Both the position numbers and the translations under genes were made by a program. The notes under the pieces were generated by a model, which was not told the DNA's origin, did no database searches, and saw only the letters and a program-made list of their open reading frames with translations. From Eledone cirrhosa (lineage: Eukaryota): a stretch of DNA of 64,000 bases. Shown here piece after piece: positions 54,988 through 64,000 of this stretch (its first letter is position 1; each line of letters begins with the position of its first letter). The stretch spans positions 38,502,001-38,566,000 of the forward strand of contig OZ024743.1 in the NCBI GenBank assembly GCA_964016885.1, given 5' to 3'.

Positions 54988-57900
54988 TATTATTATAGCT
55001 GCATTTATCTTGCTTTATGTTCATACGAGTTATCACCAAGTCACAACCAATCACCTCAAGAGACAACAAGGTCCGCCATGTTCAAGAAAGAACATACATA
55101 CTCACACATGCATCTTTAGTGTTTAGACTTGTGATGTACTTATGTTGACAGAATCTTCCTTAGTATATGGGCAGTTCTCATTAGTAATATCTTTTTTTAT
55201 TTCTCCTATACGTGGGTTTCCTCGGATTTGCGATAAGTAATCATTAGACCCCTTAGGTATCATTCCTAGAACGCCTACAACCACTGGTATTGTTTTAGTT
55301 CTCAATTTCCACATTTTTCCAATTTCTATCTCCAGGTCCTTATACTTGCTCAATTTTTCAAATATTTTTATAGATACATTCTTGTCTATTGGAACGGACA
55401 TATCAATTAGCAGGCATACCCTCATTTTAAAGTCCTTCAGTATTATATCAAAGTTATTTGCATCTATTTTTCGGTCTGTTTTGATGCTAAAGTTCCACAA
55501 GATTGAGATGTGATCTTTTTCAAGTATGGGAGGTGGTTCATGCTCCCACCAATTCTTTTGATGGGGCAGGTCAATATGCTTATACCTTATCCAATGTATG
55601 TATTGTGCAGCTCTGTCATGCCTGTTTAGGTATTCGGTTGGAGCTATAGGACTGCACATTGAAATTATATGATCAATGGTCTCTGGTTGTTTTTTACATA
55701 CACGGCATAATGGGATGCATCCATTTTTTAATATGTTGGCTTGGGAATTTTGTGTTGGCAGACACTGATCTTGTGCTGATATAATCAGTCCTTCAATCTC
55801 CGATTTCAGTCCAGAGGATGCCAACAACTGATGGGTTAAAGTTTTGTCAACATCAGGATTGTTAGCTCGCTCTGGGTATTTTCCATACAGAGGCTTTTCT
55901 TGCCATTTCTTAGCCAGTTTCTGTAGCAGTTCTTTCTTTGCAGTTAATTTTACCTGCTTTGCTTTTTCTGTGTTTTCCATTTGAGCAGTAAATGGGACTT
56001 CTGAAATGTGTACTCCATTACTGTATCTTTGTGCATCTTTTGTAATGGAGTATGATCTTTTGATGCTTTCGTCTTTCAAAACGAGTTTGATCATCCAATC
56101 ATGAGATTCCCTTAGATATGTAGATAATCCAATTGTTGCAGTTTTCAACGCAATATCTAACTGGATTAACCCACGTCCTCCTTCTTTCCCAGGGAGATAT
56201 ATTCTATCTGTATCTGCCTTAGGGTGATGCATTCTGTACATGGTTAAGAATTTTCTAATTGTTGTATCGAGCCTACGGATCTCTGTGCTTGACCAGTTGA
56301 TGACATTGTAACTGTAGGTTACTACTGGTATGGCAAGCGTGTTCATGGCATCGATCCTATTACTAGCATTCAATTCCGTTCTTAAGATTGCTCTTACTCT
56401 TCCGTAACATTACTTCCTTATCCTCTCCCTCATTGTCGAGTGGTTGATTCCGACTCCTTCACAAACACCTAGATATTTGTAAGTTTTTTCTTGATCAAGT
56501 TCCCTTATCACATTCCCCCGATCAAGATTAATGTCTGAACTTTTCAGCAGCTTTCCTCTGGTGAACGTTGCTTTGGCGCATTTATCTAGTCCAAACTCCA
56601 TTTTAATGTCATGACTGAACTGCTCCACAGTGGATAATAGCCCTTACAATTGTTCATCATTTTTTTCAAATGGTTTCAGGTCATCCATGTAGAACAAGTG
56701 ATTAATGGTTTTGTCATAGAATTTATATCCATGTTTTGTTTCATTGAGCATTTTACTTAATGGTATAAGTGCGATGCAGAATAAAAGCGGTGATAAGGAG
56801 TCACCCTGAAAAAATCCACAATTAATATTAACTTCTCCAGCTTCCAGTGATTTTGTTTCACTATTCAAAAGGGGTGTCGTTTTACATGTCTTCATACTGA
56901 ATGACAAGAACCTCCTGACAACGGGAGATATTTTAAAAATCTCTAAACATTTTTCAATCCAACTGTTTGGCAAACTATCGAATGCATTTTTATAATCTAT
57001 CCAAGCAATTGATAGATATTTGTGTCTATTATGACAATCCTCCAGTATCATTTTCTTAACCAAAAGCTGATCCTTACAGCCATATGAGCCTCGTTTACAC
57101 CCTTTCTGCTCATTGTGAAATATGCCATTTGTCATCAGGTGGTCATATGTATATTCAGTTAGGACGTATGTTAACATTTTATACATTATGGTCAAGCAAG
57201 TTATCGGTCTGTAATTTATGGGATTGTTTATCTCATCATTCCTCGGAAGCAGGAATGTAATGCCGTTAACTAGCCATGATGGTATCTTTTCTGGCTCCTT
57301 AACTATTTCATTGTAAAGTTGGGCTAACTGCTCATGATACTCTGTGAAGGCATTTATCAAAAATTTGGTATTTTGTCTTTTCCTGGGGATTTCCATTTGC
57401 TGGTTTTTCTAAGAGCCAAACGCAACTATTCAACTGTTATATTTTCCCATATTTGTTCCTCAAGGTGAGCTGTATCTTTTATTTGTCTTTTACTTCGGCC
57501 CAGATCTTTTCCCAGAATTCTTGCGCATCCTCATTGGGTGGTATTTATTTAGCAGTTATTGTTGACTTGCCAATTTTTCTGTAGAAGTTTCTTTGGTTGT
57601 TTTTGAACATATTATTGTCCTTATAGAATCTAGATCGTTTTTCAAAGCGCCTTACACGAGCAGCTTTGGCCGACACTTTTTATTATTTTCAGAATGTCTA
57701 TGTCACTTGTTGATTTTATACTGTATTTTCTTTTCAATTTTCTAAGTTTAGTTTGTTTATCATGTTCACCTACTTTGTAGTTTGTTAACATTTCTGTCAG
57801 ATCGGAGAAGGTTTATTTGGCGATTGATGTTCTCTTGCCAAGTAGATCTCTTGTGGGAATACCTTTGTTTTTTCATTTTCACTCCACATAAGTGAGTGGT

Positions 57901-58756
57901 GACATTAGCCGATGCATAATAGAGATGATTTAAATCAGTAATGTTTAGTTTGTTTGTGATGATAATGTTTTCAGAATTATGTTAGTCTCGTTCCCCAATG
58001 TCAGATTCTTTTATTTTCATCCATTCGATCATAATTTCATCCTTCAAGTTGGCAAGTTCATTCTCATTCATTTCTTTATCATTGACGATCTCATTGTTTT
58101 CATTTAGAGCTTCATCTTGAGCATGCACTCCCTCCACTTTTTCGATCCTTTCTTTAATTTGTTCTGTTGTCAGTGATTCCGCCCCAACCCTGGGATTCGA
58201 AGTGTTACAATTTACCTCGTTTTCACTGACACATGTTTCATTTTTCTGTCGCTGACTTTGTGCTAATAACTTGATCTGATCAATTTCTATATCAATTAGT
58301 AACATTTTTTAACAATATTTCTTCGTATATTGGCTAGTTTGTTACTGTCAATATAGACTCTGTTTTCGGATTGTTTTCTTTTCCATTTGATATATGTCGG
58401 GTCTGTATTCGATCTATTTGATGTGCAGTACATGGCAGTGCTGAAAGCCTGAAGGACTTCTTTATTATCTTCCCCTGTCCAATTTCTCTCTTTTTCTTTG
58501 GATTTCCTGGTGGTGAGCAGGGAGGGCCAACAGTAGGAGTATTTCGGTTATGGGAGGTCTCCGAAGTGATGGGAAGGTTTGAACCATTAGCTGATTTTTA
58601 GACCCCAGTCTGGTTACTCTCTGAGGGACGCAACCCTTTTTGACCCGGGTGACGGCCAATCCGGTATAAGATTTTATCATTTGATATTTACTTTATTTTG
58701 TCGCGTTTAATCCTTATTCCTGCTACCACTTCTAGGACGAGTGTCATACCCTCTTT
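54984..58756 (-). mobile_element. R4/Dong element copy A, near full length, with (TAA)n tail
   Basis: RT (GFFQGDSLSPLLF, FYMDDLK), CCHC (CRVC..HIISMC), RHD, REL (DIIL..LLIDMSVP..KLSKYKDL); (TAA)4 at 54984-54996; frameshifts. Confidence 0.9.
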
Positions 58757-61700
58757 TTAAAGTCCTTCAATATTATATCAGGTCTATTTGCATCTATTTT
58801 TCGGTCTGTTTGGATGCTAAAGTTCCACAAGATTGAGATGTGATCTTTTTCAAGTATGGGAGGTGGTTCATGCTCCCACCAATTCTTTTGATGGGGCAGG
58901 TCAAAATGCTTACACATTATCCAATGTATGTATTGTGCAGCTCTGTCATGCCTGTTTAGGTATTCGGTTGGAGCTAGGACTGCACATTGAAATTATATGG
59001 TCAATGGTCTCTGGTTGTTTTTTGCATACACGGCATAATGGGCTGCATCCATTTTTTATTATGTTGGCTTGGTAATTTTTTGTTGGCAGACAATGATCTT
59101 GTGCTGATATAATCAGTCCTTCAGTCTCCGATTTCAATCCAGAGGATGCCAACCACTGATGGGTTAAAGTTTTGTCAACATGAGGATTGTCAGCTCGTTC
59201 TGGGTATTTTCCATACAGAGGCTTTTCTTGCCATTTCTTAGCCAGTTTCTGTAGCAGTTCTTTCTTTGCAGTTGCTTTTACCTGCTTTGCGTTTTCTGTG
59301 TTTTCCATTTGAGCAGTAAATGGGACTTCTGAAATTTGTAGTCCATTACTGTATCTTTGTGTATCTTTTGTAATAGAATATGATCTTTTGATGCTTTCGT
59401 GTTTCAAAACGAGTTTGATCATTCAATCATGTGATTCCCTTAGATATGTAGATATTTCAATTGTTGCTGTTTTCAACGCAATATCTAACTGGACTAACCC
59501 ACGTCCGCCTTCTTTCCTATATATTCTATCTATATCTGCCTTAGGGTGATGCATTCTGTGCATGGTTAACTATTTTCTAATTGTTGTATCGAACCTACGG
59601 ATATCTGTGCTTGACCAGTTGATGACATTGTAACTGTATGTTACTACTGGTATGGTAAGCGTGTTTATGGCATCGATCCTATTCCTTGCATTCAATTCCG
59701 TTCTTAAGATTGCTCTTACTCTGCGGTAACATTCCTTCCTTATCCTTTCCCTCATTGTCGAGTGCTTGATTCCGACTCCTTCACAAACACCTAGATATTT
59801 GTAAGTTTTTTCTTGATCAAGTTCTCTTATCACGTTTCCCGGATCAAGATTAATGTCTGAACTCTTCAGCAGCTTTCCTCTGGTGAAAGTTGCTTTGGCG
59901 CATTTATCTAGTCCAAACTCCATTTTAATGTCATCACTGAACTGCTCCACAGTGGATAATAGGCCTTGCAATTGTTCATCATTTTTTGCAAATAGTTTCA
60001 GGTCATCCATGTAGAACAAGTGATTAATGGTTTTGTCATAGACTTTATATCCATGTTTTGTTTCATTGAGCATTTTACTTAATGGTATAATTGCGATGCA
60101 GAATAAAAGCGGTGATAAAGAGTCACCCTGAAAAATTCCACAATTAATATTAACTTCTCCAGCTTCCAGTGATTTTGTTTCACTATTCAAAAGGAGTGTC
60201 GTTTTCCATGTCTTCATAGTGAATGACAAAAACCTCCTGACAACGGGGGATATTTTGAAAATATCTAAACATTTTTCAATCCAACTGTGTGGCAAACTAT
60301 CGAATGCTTTTTTATAATCTATCCAAGCAATCGATAGATTTTTGTGTCTATTATGACAATCTTCCAGTATCATTTATTTTGTTAACCAAAAGCTGATCCT
60401 TACAGCCATATGAGCCTCGTTTACACCTGTTCTGCTCAATGGGAAATAGGTCATTTGTTATCAGGTGGTCATATGTGTATTCAGTTAGGATTGATGTTAC
60501 CATTTTATACATTGTGGTCAAGCAAGTTACCGGTCTGTAATTTTTGGGATTGTTTGTCTCATCATTCTTCGGAAGCAGGAATGTAATGCCGTTAACTAGC
60601 CATGATGGTATCATTTCTGGCTCCTTAACTATTTCATTGTAAATTTGGGCTAACATCTCATGAGACTCTGTGAAGGCATTTATCCAAAAATTTAGTATTT
60701 TGTTTTTCCCATTTGCTAGTTTTTCTTAGAGCCAAGCGCAACTGTTCAACTGTTATATTTTCCCATATTTGTTCCTCAAGGGGAGCTGTATCTTTCATTT
60801 GTCTGTCTATCCATGGGGCATGTATGCTACGAACTTTTTCTTCGGCCCAGATCTTTTCCCAGAATTCTTGTAATTCCTCCTTGGGTGGTATTGATTTAGC
60901 AGTTATTGTTGACTTACCAATTTTTCTGTAGATGTTTCTTTGGTTGTTTTTGAACATATTATTGTCCTTATAGAATCTAGATCGTTTTTCAAAGCGCCTT
61001 ATACGAGCAGCTTTGGCCGACACTTTTTGCTTGATTATTTCTATCAGCATGTCTATGTCACTTGTTGATTTTATACTGTACTTCCTTTTCAATTTTCTAA
61101 GTTTAGTTTGTTTAACATGTTCACCTACTTTATAGTTTGTTACCATTTATATGTCAGATCGGAGATGGTTTATTTGGCGATTGATGTTCTCTTGCCAAAT
61201 AGATTTCTTGTGGGAGTTCCTTTGTTTTTTCATCTTCACTACACATAAGTGAGTGGTGACTTTAGCCGATGCATAATAGAGATGATTTAAATCAGTAATG
61301 TTTAGTTTGTTTGTGATGATAATGTTTTTGAGAATTATGTTAGTCTTGTGTATTATCTTTTGGTTCTGTGCGGAGTTCTGGATCTTAGGGAGGGTGTCTC
61401 GTTGCCCCATGTCAGATTCTTTCATTTTCATCCATTCGATCATAATTTCATCCTTCAAGTTGGTAAGTTCATTCTCATTCATTTCTTTATCATTTACGAT
61501 CTCATTATTTTCATTTGGAGTTTCATCTTGAGCATGCACTCCCTCCACTTATTCGATCCTTTCTTTAATTACCTCGTTTTCACTGACACATGTTTCATTT
61601 TCCCTTCGCTGACTTTGTGCTAATAGCTTGATCTGATCAATTTCTATATCAGTTAGTAACTTTTTTCTTACAATATTTCTTCGTATATTGGCTAGCTTGT

Positions 61701-61976
61701 TACTGTCAATATAGCCTCTGTTTTCGGGATGTTTCTTTTTCCAGTTGATATATGTCTGTTCTGTATTCAATGTATTTGATGGGTAGTACATGGCAGTGTA
61801 GAAAGCCTCAAGGACTTCTTTATTATCTTCCCTTGACCATTTTTCTCTCTTTTTCTTTGGATTTCTTGGTGGTGAGCATGGAGGGCCAACAGGAGGAGTA
61901 TTCCGGTTTTGGGATGTCTCCAGCTCCCAAGTGATGGGAAGGTTTGAACCATTAGCTGATTTTTCGACCCTAGTCG
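58757..61976 (-). mobile_element. R4/Dong element copy B, same family, truncated at both ends
   Basis: Closely similar to copy A; ends at RPDIILKDFK directly against the 5' end of copy A. Confidence 0.9.
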
Positions 61977-62952
61977 ATGAAATTATTAATAATGAAATTA
62001 TTAATAATGAAATTATTAATAATTGTCTCCACTCCAGGCACAAGGCCAGAAATCACCCAGTGCATTACAATAATATAATATACTTTTTGCTGAAGTTGCC
62101 TGTTATTGTTGTTGGCTATGTCGGTGGTGGTGCTGGGGCTTTTTATATTGTTGGTGAGGAAGGGGTGAGCCAGCAGTGCCATAGTTGTTGACGTTTGGCC
62201 GGTGGCCAGGTCACTAAGTCAATCTATTTATATCTTTTGCTAGCCTCTCCCTTGTCTAGTGATACCGCCACCTTCCCCTTTCTAAAGTTAACAGGGGAAA
62301 AGTGGTGGTAGCAATGAAGGAGTGGTGGCGGCGGTGATGGGACAGTGGTAGCAATGATGGATGGAGTGGTGGCGGCGTTTGCTTTGTCGTTACTGAGTTT
62401 TGTGATATGTAGTATCTATGAGTTTGTGTCGCGTATGTTTAATATATATTGTGTTGACTTATTCCCGTAACATTGGAATTAAACATTTTGTTAACACTTG
62501 AGACAATAATAATAGTAATTATTATTATGATGCTGGGATTGGTGGTGGTGGTGTTGAAATTGCCGTTATCTGGCTGTTATATTTAGTGTGATGGGGTAGG
62601 TGGTGTATCAAGTTTCTGGTGTTGGTGAAATTGCTGTTATTTGGCTGTTCTATATAGTGTAGAGAGAGGGTGTTTTCTTCCATTTATGACCATTTTCTTT
62701 TTTGAATACAAAATATATAATACAAAATTGAATATTTGAGCGATATAACAATATAATATGGATCCGAAATTTTATGAGACTTGATTCGGTGGTTTATGCA
62801 TCATTTGTACTAAGAATTGTAATTTCGCAATTGATTTAAATTTGTTAAAATCAAAATCGTACGGGAGCGATTTCATGACCTTCTACCACCACGTGCGTCT
62901 TGTTCCCTTATCCGTGCGTTTTCTTCACTTATCCGTGCGTCTTCTTCCCTTT

Positions 62953-64000
62953 TTGGGGTCGTCATGGAAGCAGGGTCACCTGCTCAACGACCTCAGGTCA
63001 CTAAACATAGATGTAGTGGCCATCAGCGAGACCAGAATCTCCGAAGCACGGGCCTTCGCACCGATCTTCGGCGGCTACGATGTGTACGCATCTCCCAGCC
63101 GTCCTGGATCGGGTGGAGGAGTTGCTGTGCTTTTTCGGAGAGGTTTGGATCTCGCCATACGGGCCATCTTCCTGGACCCAGAGGGTAAGCTGGTGGTGCT
63201 GGACGTGACCAGCGGAGACGGGCAAGCTTTCAGGCTAGTGGCCGTCTATGCCCCGACAGGAGCAGGGCGGCCTGATTTCTTCCGGCGTCTGGAGACCTTT
63301 CTTGGAACGTCCCGCTCTTTAGTGTTAGTGGGCGACTGGAACGGGATCTTAGATGCACGCTGGGACTGTGTGGGATTAGCGGATAGGGGTGGAGGGTGCA
63401 AGAGCCTCACCAACCTGCTCAGACGTTTTGAACTGTCTGACAGGTACCAATTGGATTTCCCGAATGTGCCAATGTGGACTTGGACAAACCGCATAGGGTC
63501 ATCCAGATCATATCTAGATAGAGTATTTTGTAGGGAAATAGATAGGTCTAGCATAGGCTGTCCACAATTCAAGATAGTCAGCTACACGGACCACAAATTC
63601 GTGACCTGTGTGCTTGACTTAGATAGGCTTCATAGACGAGGACCCGGCTACTGGAAGCTAAACGCGTCCTTACCAGCGCGCAAGGCCTACAGAGACCGGA
63701 TTAGCGAACTAGTTAAGCGGTCGTTGACGGGGGCCATCGTCAACAACAAGTGGTGGTTTGCTCTGAAAAGAGCGATTAGAATAGAATCGATTAGGTTTAG
63801 TAAGGCTTTAGCAATAGAGAAAAATAGAGCAGAGGGAGAACTAGTTAGAAAATTAGACGAGGCGCTTAGCAAAGGCATTGCGACCGACGTGCTTGCGGCG
63901 AAATTGGCCCTTGACCAATTCTTCAATGCAAAGCACGAAGGCTGCGTTGTCAGAGCAAGGGTGCGTGCTCTCAGACACGAGGGGACGAAAGCCGTGCAAT
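62953..64000 (+). mobile_element. Young L1/Tx1-clade LINE, ORF2 APE endonuclease, open to the window end
   Basis: Uninterrupted frame LGSSWKQ..DVVAISET..GGGVAVLF..VAVYAP..VGDWN..WTW..SYLDRVF..TDHK..GPGYWKLN; 5'-truncated just after the expected NVRG; absent from the ORF track because it has no stop in the window. Confidence 0.9.

Overview
AT-rich animal genomic DNA, most likely octopus or another cephalopod (inferred from the tRNA-derived SINE family, the dense (TA)n/(GA)n/(TG)n tracts and the LINE spectrum). No complete host gene is visible; there are only weak minus-strand exon candidates near 11.5-13.4 kb. The window is mostly retroelements: RTE/RTE-X/BovB remnants, a CRE 3' fragment with poly(A) and TSD, a near full-length HERO element, three R4/Dong copies, L1/Tx1 fragments (one with an intact ORF running off the right edge), a near full-length Penelope-like element (PLE), and about 9 SINE copies. 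The striking layer is RNA structure. By eye I find more than 25 hammerhead-ribozyme (HHR) motifs from about 12 unrelated sequence families. Most lie in foldback or tandem elements embedded in (TA)n, and in every foldback I could orient the ribozyme-sense strands point outward. They include U3-A8 compensatory cores, recurrent U.U at 10.1/11.1, and very long stem II inserts. Separately, the ~108-bp direct repeat at both ends of the HERO element contains all hammerhead core elements in a non-circularly permuted order, with stem II replaced by a four-way junction. All pairings were checked manually and no database search was run.
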